This document shows positions 8,914 through 18,001 of a stretch of 64,000 nt of DNA, piece after piece. Location: positions 7,965 to 71,964 of IMG/VR virus record IMGVR_UViG_3300042554_001676; one strand, 5' to 3'. The notes under the pieces are model-generated. The model ran no database searches. It was given only the letters and a program-made list of their open reading frames with translations, and was not told the DNA's origin. Position numbers and translations under genes: made by a program. Position 1 is the stretch's first letter. Each line of letters opens with the position of its first letter. Source of the stretch: a virus.

Positions 8914-9780
8914 TTATTTTATGTTCTTCCATTTGTCAGCTAGATAATCGACAAAGTCGTTGACAGTGGCCAGACGATTTTGTTGCATGAACTGTATGAT
9001 TCTTATGGCATTGTTACGATCTGGATCAGGTCCTGGTTTACGAGCATTACTTAAGTCTACTGCTAGACTTTTAGCCAAGCCTTGTCGATCGTAAGTATAC
9101 TGTAGATCATAACGCCGACGATCAGCGTCCTTGCTCAACTGTGCCTTGGTCTTGGCCTGCATGAGTTCCATCCAGGGTTTTAAGTATCCGCCTCTACGAC
9201 TTGACACATAACCACGAGCAGGATCTTGGCCTTTAAGTTGACCGACATCTGCCGTCTTTCTAGTATCACGCATCCGCCATGCTTCTTGATCATTGAACAA
9301 GTTAACGGGTATACCGGCCTTTTTGGCTAAAATAATTACTTGTCTTGTACGAGCGCGAGCAGCTTCATCGGCGTCTGGTGCTATGTAAAGATCTATAGCT
9401 GTGATAGCAGCAGGAATAGCAGGCTCCCGACTGAATATACGATCTTCGGCTTCGTGTGCTTTATGATGGTCCTTGGCAGGATCGCGATTGTTCCAATAGT
9501 CCACAGCTTTACCAGGATAGCGTTGATTATAAAAATCACCATCAAGTTCAAATAGCACAGCATCCTGTCCAAGATATCCATGATAACCACCATGGCGTGT
9601 TCTTGTAGTGCTTAGAAAATAAGGATAACCTCGTGGTGCGAACTGTGCTTCCCAACTTGTGCCCAGTGTATGACTTAGTTCAAACTTACCAGACTGTAGT
9701 ATTTTGAGGGCAGTGGTTACACGAGTATAATGAAATACTCGGCTGCTTATACGCTCGATTAGGAATTCAGTGGCTCTCAT
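8914..9780 (-). CDS. ADP-ribosyltransferase-like protein with capsid-targeting-like leader
   Basis: Leader MRATEFLIE; ART-like triad spacing VFHYT ... YFLSTTR ... EAEDRI. Confidence 0.55.
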   Translation of the reverse strand: MRATEFLIERISSRVFHYTRVTTALKILQSGKFELSHTLGTSWEAQFAPRGYPYFLSTTRTRHGGYHGYLGQDAVLFELDGDFYNQRYPGKAVDYWNNRDPAKDHHKAHEAEDRIFSREPAIPAAITAIDLYIAPDADEAARARTRQVIILAKKAGIPVNLFNDQEAWRMRDTRKTADVGQLKGQDPARGYVSSRRGGYLKPWMELMQAKTKAQLSKDADRRRYDLQYTYDRQGLAKSLAVDLSNARKPGPDPDRNNAIRIIQFMQQNRLATVNDFVDYLADKWKNIK

Positions 9781-10571
9781 CGCATGTATTTAAGGTAATA
9801 TTTAAAATTCTCGTGTCTATCTTCTATACCGGCTAGTGCAGGATTGATACGCTTGGTTACTGCCACAGTGTTGGCAAAATCCATTACACCCGGGCGCACA
9901 CGTTCAAACCAATACCATATGGCGATTTCCGCAGCAATATCTGGACGAGCAGCAAGATCAGGATTCTTTAGTAAGTCAATACCTAATGCTTGGCTGGCAG
10001 CACGATAATTATCACGCCCAGTCAACTGTATGAAACCTCGCCCTCGAAAACGCTCGCCGTCGCCGGCCTTAACATTGCCTAGCTTTTGTGCGGTCTTGGG
10101 TGCGTGTTTAGGATCATATCGTTTGAAATAATCTTTGCCCTGCGGAACTTCTTTCATTTTCTTAAAGTCCCAAGACTCATGTTCCATTTGTGCTAGAAAT
10201 TGCGCTAGTTCAATGCCCTTAATACCAGACTTTTGTGCTCGCTGTGCTAGTACATTGGCTTTGGGATTTTCTAATGTAATAGGCTTATTTTTAACTTGAG
10301 GTTTTTCTACTGCTTTAGGTTCTGCCTTAACTGGTTCAGTTTTGGCAGCAAGAGCCACTTTTGCCTGCGGTACCGGTGCAGGAGCAGTTTGTGGACGCTG
10401 CGCCGGTGCTACTTGTGCTACGGGGGCTACATAAGGCTGTGGTTTGTCATAGGCAGGGCCTTGACGATGACCTATACCAGTAGCTAGAGCAGCAGCGCCA
10501 ATACCAGTGCCTATCCATGCAGGCAAATCTTCGTCTAGTTCTTGTTCACATACAAATTCATGCAGCCTCAT
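9777..10571 (-). CDS. glycoside hydrolase family 19 (chitinase/lysozyme-like), putative virion-packaged
   Basis: AQFLAQMEHES, GDGERFRGRGFIQLTGRDNY, AIWYW, TKRIN; leader MRLHEFVCE. Confidence 0.88.
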   Translation of the reverse strand: MRLHEFVCEQELDEDLPAWIGTGIGAAALATGIGHRQGPAYDKPQPYVAPVAQVAPAQRPQTAPAPVPQAKVALAAKTEPVKAEPKAVEKPQVKNKPITLENPKANVLAQRAQKSGIKGIELAQFLAQMEHESWDFKKMKEVPQGKDYFKRYDPKHAPKTAQKLGNVKAGDGERFRGRGFIQLTGRDNYRAASQALGIDLLKNPDLAARPDIAAEIAIWYWFERVRPGVMDFANTVAVTKRINPALAGIEDRHENFKYYLKYMR

Positions 10572-11854
10572 TTTATCACCACTGGGTTATGTCCTACTAC
10601 CTTGGCAAACCATACTACAATGGGCCTGCCGAGTGTGGTTTTTATATAAGGATTAGGTTCTATTTCGATATCTAAACCCCGAGGTAGTAATATTTCTTCT
10701 TCGTCATCGCCATACCTACTAACACTGACCATGCTCATTGCTGGATATCCAGCCGGCACAATAATATGTAATATTTGCGATCCATCGTAAACTTTTCTGA
10801 TGCCTTGACTTACTACACCCATTGAATAAAGTTCTAAATTTCCTTTAACAACATTTCGAGGTCGATGATTATTATAATCAGTATAGTCAGCTTTGGCAAA
10901 ATTGATATAGGCTACGTTAAAATCTGTAGTAGTACTGGTGTATGCTGGTAAATGAACACGCACCGGCTTGGTGACATCAGCATGATATTTTTCCCAGATT
11001 CTGCCGGGACTTTCTGGAATACCGGTATATACTTTTATGTTTCTTGTTAGTTTTGCATTTTTGAACACTGTGTCAAGAGATTTAGACTGATCTCGATAAT
11101 TCTGTTTAGATTTTGTTTTAGGGTTTACTGTCTGGTTACGATAATGTCTGTGCAAATAATCGTTTAATGATGTGCTTTCTTCACTGTAATCTTGTAAGTG
11201 TTTTATAGCTTTTGGTGGTATCTTATGGTTTCGTAGACTAAGTTCTCGATGAAGACTATAATCACTGGCTTCGATATCTTGATCTTCAAGCGTTTCTTTA
11301 GCCTGTTTGGGGTTATTTCTTGTATCACTATAACCTATAGTTTTGATATGGGGATAATGCTGGCCTTTTTGTGGATGATGCGGTGTGGAACGACGCATGA
11401 CTTCAATACTATGAGGATCACTGAGTACCGCCTTAAGTCCTGGATGCAACGGACTGGGCCATGCACCATAATCTACCCAATCCCATCCTTGTGTTTCCCA
11501 GTCTGTCTTAGGACGAAATTCTCTTTCAACTATGGCCAGAAAGTTATAGTAAGTAAACCCTGATTCGTGCTTGAATACATATAACGGGATTAATCGCATC
11601 GCACCTGTGTAGCCGGCTTCTTCTGCTAGTTCTCTACGAGCTGCTTGAGCAGGATCTTCGCCCTCGTCTATTGCACCACCCCAGGTGCCCCAGGTACCAG
11701 GTTGCTCGACTCTGCTGCTGCGATGAGCAATACAAAATCTGCCAGTGTCCCTAGCCATGATAACGCAACCAGCACCACGACTCCCCCAAAATCCGGTTTT
11801 CTTTAGGGCTTGTCGATGTTTGCTATCATCTTCAAATAAATCTAAAACTCTCAT
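10568..11854 (-). CDS. Nudix hydrolase fused to Alt/VIP2-like ADP-ribosyltransferase
   Basis: Nudix box GGAIDEGEDPAQAARRELAEEAG; C-terminal ART: LNDYLH, VYTGI, YTSTT, DEEEILLPRG; leader MRVLDLFE. Confidence 0.8.
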   Translation of the reverse strand: MRVLDLFEDDSKHRQALKKTGFWGSRGAGCVIMARDTGRFCIAHRSSRVEQPGTWGTWGGAIDEGEDPAQAARRELAEEAGYTGAMRLIPLYVFKHESGFTYYNFLAIVEREFRPKTDWETQGWDWVDYGAWPSPLHPGLKAVLSDPHSIEVMRRSTPHHPQKGQHYPHIKTIGYSDTRNNPKQAKETLEDQDIEASDYSLHRELSLRNHKIPPKAIKHLQDYSEESTSLNDYLHRHYRNQTVNPKTKSKQNYRDQSKSLDTVFKNAKLTRNIKVYTGIPESPGRIWEKYHADVTKPVRVHLPAYTSTTTDFNVAYINFAKADYTDYNNHRPRNVVKGNLELYSMGVVSQGIRKVYDGSQILHIIVPAGYPAMSMVSVSRYGDDEEEILLPRGLDIEIEPNPYIKTTLGRPIVVWFAKVVGHNPVVIK

Positions 11855-14412
11855 GCACGATCCGGAACAACTGTAAGTCCAAGAAGTGATCCTCCTGCTG
11901 CTGATCGAGCCAATCTACTATTTCTTTCTAGCCACTGTCTAGCATGAGCATTGGCATCGGCTTGGCTATTACCTACACCACCGAATGTATGCAATACCTG
12001 TCCTTGATCTGTGACAATGTTCCAACGCCCAGTCCAGGCTCCGTTATTGGCTTGACTTTCGGAATCACGACGGGGTCTTATGGCAATAAGGTAATAGCCA
12101 GATTCTGGGTCACTGGCTGGTCTTCGTGTTCGGGCTGATAGCCATATAGTAAATGCTTCGTCTGCTTCCTGTCTTGTATTTCTAGTAAAATAGACTATTG
12201 GAGCATTATCAATTGATCTTATGATAGCATAATTAGCATCAGGATCACTTTCAGGAGCAGTCATTGATCCATCTTGTCTACGAGGTTGTTCCTGTGCATC
12301 ATTTTGTGAACTTTCAGGATCACGCCGGGGTCTTATAGCAATAAGGTAATATGGGTGTGTAGTGTCGCCTGCTAAACCTTGAGATGCCAACCATCGAGAG
12401 AATGACCGTTCTGCTTCTGCTCTTGTGTTTCTAGTAAAGTAAAGAATAACAGCGTTATCACTGGATCTTATTATAGCATAATTGGCATCAGGATCGGTTT
12501 CGGGAGCAGTCATTGATCCGTCTTGTCTACGCGGTTGTTCATTGGGCTCTACTGGTGTACTACCAAGACCATAGCGTACCAAAACACGCTCATTGCGTTG
12601 ACTGGCAAACTCTCGTGCTGCCGCAAAGGCTTCCTGTTCGGTGTTGTATCTTCCTAGTGGTAAAGCAGTGCTACTACTAATTACACTATATGATCCTGTA
12701 CCACTTACAGGTGTATTGTTTTGTGGAGTCTCGGGTCCTTCGTAGGGTCTAAGGACCTTGGCAGTAAATGCCCCGCGATTGTATCGTGCCAGTTCTGAGT
12801 TAGAGGCTATGGTAGCATCAATGGCTTCATCCCGATTAGCAGCAACTACTTCCGTTACTGCACCACTGCCTGCCACTGTGACCTTCCACCAATAGCGTTT
12901 GCCAGAATCGGGCTTACGCTTGACTTCGCGTTCTAGTCGAGCCTGTTTGAGAAAACTCTTTAGTGCTGCCTTGGGCATGGCTCCTGCCGCATATTTGGCA
13001 AAGTACTTGATAGTATCATCAGCATCTTCGGGGGCTATGACTTTGTATAATTTCTTACTGTATTCTTCTTTGTACTTTTCTGGATCAACTGCGGCGTCTA
13101 AGGCCACAGCAAAGCGATTCATAGTGGCCACAATCTTGTCTAGGTCTTGGTTGAGCCAGTCGCCACCTGGGCTGCGAAACTCAATGTATTTGTCTTTGGT
13201 ATTGATACTGGTATACTTGCCGGTTACGCCACTGTGTATCATTTTGCTGGCCATTTTGTTTAAGCCATTCTTCATCATGTCCAACAGACCAGGTACTTGA
13301 TCACGATTGCTTTTAGCTCGGCTCAGTATTTCGTTCATGGCACTTTTACAGTAGGTATTGGCAGATCTACCAAATTGTTCTAGTACATACTTGTCACCTA
13401 AGAGTAGTGCCAACTTAACATAGTCCAGGTTTTCCAAGCTCATGTTGGGTACGCTGACATTGATATGTAAGCCAGTGGTACGATTAGTATAGCAGTTATG
13501 GTCGCGAGCAAATTCTCGAACACCTTCCAAGTGTTTGCCCATTTGCTCTAGGGTCAGTGGTGGACTCACAAACTCTAAGCCTGCGTCACCGGGATTGTCG
13601 CCACTCAAACTCGAGTCGGGTTCGACCACATAAGTGTCTGGTTTACGCTTGGCACCGTGATAACTTTGGCTGTAGTCAACCTTCATGCCCACATAAGGTG
13701 AAAAATCGTTGGCCACTGTGCCAACATCAACATCAGCATCGCCGGCCATTTCCCAATGCGGCCAAGTTATTATACTAGCAAAATTACTTTCAATGTCTGT
13801 CATGTAGCTGTATGTGCCACGTAGGAAACGATCAAATCCGGTGTCATGGTCTGGCTCAGACTCCTCCATGGCTTCGTCTTGAGCGAGGTCATAGATCTCG
13901 TCTGTGTTTTGTATACTTTCATCTCTACGATCCGAGACCAGAGTGCTGTATATCTCTTGTATGGCATTCTTACGGTCACGCTCGTCGGCAAACTTCTTGT
14001 CGCCTAACTGTTCTGCAGCCTGTGCCCATAGCTCTTCGCCTAGTTCTTTTTCAACTGCTTGTTCTACATAGTATTCTTGGTTTTCTTCCCACCACGAGTC
14101 TTCGGCTTCCCGCCAGTAGTCACTTTCTGTATATTCTTGAAACAGTTCGTTATGTAGATCAGACACTGACGATCTCGAGTTCCATTCACCGTCGTTGAAA
14201 AATTGTTCAATGGAACTCCAACCGCGTACACGCTCATCATTGGTATAATCGGGTTCGCTTTCGCTGTTCTCATCAGATTCAACATTGGGCACAATCATTT
14301 CAAATTCCATGCCCACACGAGCGTCTATTTTACTGGCTAACTTTTTCAAGTTGCCAGGGCTCATGTTTATTTCAAATAGTTCCGCTTCTGCTATAAAATT
14401 ACGAGCTCGCAT
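11851..14412 (-). CDS. putative amidoligase (COOH-NH2 ligase fold) with C-terminal repeats
   Basis: VGMEFE, EPDSSL, GLEFVSPPL, TGLHINVS, KYTSIN, IEFRSPGG; leader MRARNFIAE. Confidence 0.85.
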   Translation of the reverse strand: MRARNFIAEAELFEINMSPGNLKKLASKIDARVGMEFEMIVPNVESDENSESEPDYTNDERVRGWSSIEQFFNDGEWNSRSSVSDLHNELFQEYTESDYWREAEDSWWEENQEYYVEQAVEKELGEELWAQAAEQLGDKKFADERDRKNAIQEIYSTLVSDRRDESIQNTDEIYDLAQDEAMEESEPDHDTGFDRFLRGTYSYMTDIESNFASIITWPHWEMAGDADVDVGTVANDFSPYVGMKVDYSQSYHGAKRKPDTYVVEPDSSLSGDNPGDAGLEFVSPPLTLEQMGKHLEGVREFARDHNCYTNRTTGLHINVSVPNMSLENLDYVKLALLLGDKYVLEQFGRSANTYCKSAMNEILSRAKSNRDQVPGLLDMMKNGLNKMASKMIHSGVTGKYTSINTKDKYIEFRSPGGDWLNQDLDKIVATMNRFAVALDAAVDPEKYKEEYSKKLYKVIAPEDADDTIKYFAKYAAGAMPKAALKSFLKQARLEREVKRKPDSGKRYWWKVTVAGSGAVTEVVAANRDEAIDATIASNSELARYNRGAFTAKVLRPYEGPETPQNNTPVSGTGSYSVISSSTALPLGRYNTEQEAFAAAREFASQRNERVLVRYGLGSTPVEPNEQPRRQDGSMTAPETDPDANYAIIRSSDNAVILYFTRNTRAEAERSFSRWLASQGLAGDTTHPYYLIAIRPRRDPESSQNDAQEQPRRQDGSMTAPESDPDANYAIIRSIDNAPIVYFTRNTRQEADEAFTIWLSARTRRPASDPESGYYLIAIRPRRDSESQANNGAWTGRWNIVTDQGQVLHTFGGVGNSQADANAHARQWLERNSRLARSAAGGSLLGLTVVPDRA
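12058..12541 (-). repeat. intragenic tandem duplication (~250 nt x2) in amidoligase C-terminus
   Basis: EQPRRQDGSMTAPE[TS]DPDANYAIIRS...YFTRNTR...YYLIAIRPRRD occurs twice; boundaries approximate. Confidence 0.85.
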
Positions 14413-14415
14413 TGG

Positions 14416-14823
14416 TTAGCCTCTCGATTGTTTAGGACCCTTGCGTTCCTTCCACCGTTTGTCAGTACTGCACCAATAACGACCATAACCTTCCTGCACA
14501 TCTTCTTCGTCATCCTTGTAGTCATCAGGATCGTACTCAACATCATGAATAAGTTTTTCAGCAGCAGCATCGCCTTCGTTTTGAGCTTGGGGTACTATTT
14601 GATTGTAGTGTTGCATGCCTAAAGTATTACCGGTTCCACTGAGCTCAACCATGCGATCTGCTACTACGTGTAGATCCATGTCTGTTTTGGCATCTTCTCT
14701 GGCATATTCCATGACACGTAGCAGTAAAGGTACATCCATGCTTACACGATCTTCAGGATTAGGCATGGCAGGTTTGCTGACGGGCTGATCCTCGTCTTCG
14801 CGGAATAGGTCATGTACTCGCAT
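14416..14823 (-). CDS. putative internal head protein
   Basis: Leader MRVHDLFRE; modules DRVSMDVPLLLRVMEYAREDAK and VQE-GYGRYWCSTDKRWK. Confidence 0.6.
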   Translation of the reverse strand: MRVHDLFREDEDQPVSKPAMPNPEDRVSMDVPLLLRVMEYAREDAKTDMDLHVVADRMVELSGTGNTLGMQHYNQIVPQAQNEGDAAAEKLIHDVEYDPDDYKDDEEDVQEGYGRYWCSTDKRWKERKGPKQSRG

Positions 14824-14824
14824 G

Positions 14825-15157
14825 TTATTTTACCTTGGCTATCAATTTTTCAAATTCACTACGTAGACCTGCATTGGTCATTATGTCCTTGAGTGTGTCT
14901 GAAAAATTCTTGGCATTCATTGCTGGATTTGCGGCAGTACTGGACTGAGGAGCAGGCTGCGAACCAGTTTGTGTACCTGTTACTTGTACATTGGCTGCAG
15001 GTGAAGTTGGTGCTACTGCCTGCTGTGTTTGTGCACCTGGTGCTGGCTTGGGTGCAGTGGCCATGCCGACAGGTTTAATAGGCTGTATAGGTCCTATTTC
15101 TTTTAACTGATCAACTTCTTTGAGCACAGATAGTATACGACTCATATCATGCACCAA
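14825..15157 (-). CDS. hypothetical protein (Pro/Ala/Gln-rich)
   Basis: 110 aa ORF in late operon. Confidence 0.6.
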   Translation of the reverse strand: MVHDMSRILSVLKEVDQLKEIGPIQPIKPVGMATAPKPAPGAQTQQAVAPTSPAANVQVTGTQTGSQPAPQSSTAANPAMNAKNFSDTLKDIMTNAGLRSEFEKLIAKVK

Positions 15158-15629
15158 TGTTACGACGCAGCACCTGCGGGTGACTGATTAAGTTCTTTTG
15201 ACTGGGTTCTTTTTCTATGTCCTTGGCAGTAACTTTCCAATCTTTGCCACCAAACTTTTTACGTTGATAAGCAGGAATACGACTTTTTGGTACAGCAGTA
15301 CTGGTTGCTACTGCTCCAGCTGAACTAGCACCAGCACTGGCATCTTCGCCCATGGCTGCAACTGGCATGGCGTTGCGCTGTAGTAGATCATGTTCCATCC
15401 ACTCTTTGACCTGACGCAGATAGTCATTGGCCAGTGTGATTTTCTCTTGTACCCAGCCTTCTAAGCCTTCACGCTCAGTGATCTGTTTGAGCATACGATG
15501 CAGTTCAATGGCATTGCTGGCAGCATTATAGCACTGTTCGCGAGCCATTTGAATCTCATGATCATCATGCATTTCGACAACAGCCTGTACAATGTTGTGA
15601 TTTTCTGTGATAAAGTCGGTAGGTTTCAT
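15147..15629 (-). CDS. putative internal head protein
   Basis: Leader MKPTDFITE; LEGWVQEKITLANDYL; MGE-DASAGASSAG module. Confidence 0.6.
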   Translation of the reverse strand: MKPTDFITENHNIVQAVVEMHDDHEIQMAREQCYNAASNAIELHRMLKQITEREGLEGWVQEKITLANDYLRQVKEWMEHDLLQRNAMPVAAMGEDASAGASSAGAVATSTAVPKSRIPAYQRKKFGGKDWKVTAKDIEKEPSQKNLISHPQVLRRNIGA

Positions 15630-15655
15630 AGTGGTCCAGAGTTAATAAACTATAT

Positions 15656-16402
15656 TTATATTAAACGCATGGCTCGCATCATCTTGCGCTGTGTGCCTGG
15701 TTGAACATCTACTGTTAGACTATTAAGATAGCGTGGATCCCGGCGTTGTTTATTGGTGGCAATTACACCTACGCCCGCAGCATCTTCATGTATGTGCTGT
15801 TTCATGATTTGATGTACATGCTCATCATAGGATCCAAATAGATCTCGTATAATGGCCTTTTGTGTTTCGTCGTCGGCAGCAGCAAATTGTGCTCGTACTT
15901 GAGTAGCACTACGCATGGGCTCACCCAAGACAGTGAAATTAAACGTAGGTACAGTCATAATATAACCATGTTGATTCATGCCTACCATGTCGCTGGCACT
16001 GCTGGGCATGGGTTGAAAGTAGCTAGGTGACCCATCTTTTTTAGTCCACTTTGAAAACCGTGGATCTTCTGACATGTCTTTTTCGCTGACCGCAAATATC
16101 AGTCTAGTGTTTTCTGGGTAATGTTGCGTTAGCTCTGGTGCACGATATGGATCGCGTGTTTCTACCACACGATCCATGGGCACACCAGTTAACTGCATAA
16201 ACTGTGCCTTTTGACTAAACGTAAAAGGACTTCTAGGAGGGTCTACCTTGTTGCTGGTAGCAATAAACACATGATCACGACCATACTTCTTTACTAGGTA
16301 ATCGTAGACTGCACCATGTCCTTTATGAAAAGGTTGAAATCTACCTGGATAGACTACCAAATATGGCTGTGTAGCGGCTTCAAATAACTCGGTTAGGAAC
16401 AT
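15656..16402 (-). CDS. HIGH-superfamily nucleotidyltransferase (cytidyltransferase-like)
   Basis: YPGRFQPFHKGH motif, SATQVR; leader MFLTELFE; CATAAATA late-type promoter immediately upstream. Confidence 0.85.
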   Translation of the reverse strand: MFLTELFEAATQPYLVVYPGRFQPFHKGHGAVYDYLVKKYGRDHVFIATSNKVDPPRSPFTFSQKAQFMQLTGVPMDRVVETRDPYRAPELTQHYPENTRLIFAVSEKDMSEDPRFSKWTKKDGSPSYFQPMPSSASDMVGMNQHGYIMTVPTFNFTVLGEPMRSATQVRAQFAAADDETQKAIIRDLFGSYDEHVHQIMKQHIHEDAAGVGVIATNKQRRDPRYLNSLTVDVQPGTQRKMMRAMRLI

Positions 16403-16427
16403 AATAACATATTTATGGTCCTAGAAT

Positions 16428-16450
16428 AAAGACCGCCTGAGCGGTCTCGA
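16428..16450 (-). terminator. rho-independent terminator
   Basis: GACCGC-ctga-GCGGTC hairpin followed by T-rich tract on minus strand. Confidence 0.65.
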
Positions 16451-16451
16451 T

Positions 16452-17306
16452 TTAAGCTGCTTGGGTAGTAGATTTAGCTCTGGTAAAGTCTGGCATCTGG
16501 CTGAGGTCTCCTTTGTATTCATAGTGACCGCAATGGTTTAATAGTACCTTGCTGTGTGCCCAAATAGTACCACCTAGTTCTTGCCAACGACGACAAAACA
16601 GCCAATCCTCGCTGAGATAGTGTCCTTTCTGATCAATCTCAGTGTCAAAGATAGCATACATGTAAGGCTCGTATTGTTTGCCCAAGCCTACGTCATCCAC
16701 ATACTTGCTTTGAGGATGTGCATCGCACAATTTCTGATAAACATCACGTTTGAAAATCAGAAATCCTGTGCCCATGGTGTCCACAGTAAACACATCACCT
16801 TGGATCTGTGTTTGTGGCAACAGGTTAATCACATAGTTAGTAGGGATACTTTTCTTAGGGTAAAGACCGCCGATTACGTCTTTTTCATAGACCAACATTT
16901 GAAAAATAGCTTCAGGCTCAAATCTAATATCAGCATCAATGAACATAAAATGTGTAGCAGCTTTATTGCTCATCATCTTGGCCATTAGGTTATTTCTGCC
17001 ACGAGTAATAAGGCTTTCATTAACCATGGTGTCTAGACTCCAGTTTAGTCCAGCTCTAGCTGCCATTAAGATAAACTTTAGTAAACTGGTAACAGTGGGT
17101 TCACTCATCATGCCGCCGTAGCAAGGAATACCTATGTGCAAGTGAATCTTGCTAAAGTCATAGGGCTGTCCAGTGCCTTGACTGGTAGTAGCAGTTGGTT
17201 TTTGCTGCTGCTGTTGTTTCATTAACTCGGAAATTTTTGCTACAACTTCTGTGGCAGTTTTTCCTGGCAGCTCGATATCGGATTTGGGTTTTTCTTGATT
17301 GTCCAT
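16452..17306 (-). CDS. GT-A fold glycosyltransferase-like protein
   Basis: IGIPCYGG, ESLITRGRN, FMFIDADI (DxD), YLSEDWLFC, LNHCG. Confidence 0.75.
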   Translation of the reverse strand: MDNQEKPKSDIELPGKTATEVVAKISELMKQQQQQKPTATTSQGTGQPYDFSKIHLHIGIPCYGGMMSEPTVTSLLKFILMAARAGLNWSLDTMVNESLITRGRNNLMAKMMSNKAATHFMFIDADIRFEPEAIFQMLVYEKDVIGGLYPKKSIPTNYVINLLPQTQIQGDVFTVDTMGTGFLIFKRDVYQKLCDAHPQSKYVDDVGLGKQYEPYMYAIFDTEIDQKGHYLSEDWLFCRRWQELGGTIWAHSKVLLNHCGHYEYKGDLSQMPDFTRAKSTTQAA

Positions 17307-17314
17307 AAATTTCT

Positions 17315-18001
17315 TTAAGTTGATATTGTTACTACTTGTTGAACCGATCTTACTATCTTAGGCATGATTAAATGCAGCATGTCAACTAATCTTGGATCTT
17401 TGACATGAAAATAATTACCCTTAAGATATTTATTAGCCCCTCTGAGGTCCTTGATAAAATATTTGCTTACTCGAGCTTGATCTCCTATGTTTTCTAAATA
17501 TGCCGCCAAGGCTACTCGTTCTTTAAAGTCACGATAGAAACCGTCGCGCACATAAACACGCCAAGGATAGTCTGTGGGTTGATTGGTTATAATGTAATTG
17601 TTTTCTAGTGCGTCGTGCTGAGCTTGACTGGTTACTGTGCTAACTAATTTTAGACGATGTGCATGTGGTCGCAGTTTATTGGTCACAATGTCGTACATAA
17701 AATCAATGTCTGTGTGAAACACACCAAGAGTGTTGCCTTCGCTGCGTAGTCTAAATCCTGAATCAGGATCACGCAATACACTGCGAAAACACCGTAGCGT
17801 GTCAAGGTTATCTGAACCTGATTGCGGTTTTGCTGTTAGCCAATCCAGTGTTGTGCCACCATACTTGGTTATAAGATAACTATTTGCCACAGTGAACACC
17901 ATTTTATGCGAATATCTCCCATAAAACTTTTTACTAGTAGGCACTATGGTTACAGCTGGGTTTAGATTACGCCACCGTGATAAATCCGTTTTCGTCCACA
18001 T
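17315..18001 (-). CDS. hypothetical protein
   Basis: ORF with start reassigned to MWTKTDL. Confidence 0.6.
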   Translation of the reverse strand: MWTKTDLSRWRNLNPAVTIVPTSKKFYGRYSHKMVFTVANSYLITKYGGTTLDWLTAKPQSGSDNLDTLRCFRSVLRDPDSGFRLRSEGNTLGVFHTDIDFMYDIVTNKLRPHAHRLKLVSTVTSQAQHDALENNYIITNQPTDYPWRVYVRDGFYRDFKERVALAAYLENIGDQARVSKYFIKDLRGANKYLKGNYFHVKDPRLVDMLHLIMPKIVRSVQQVVTIST

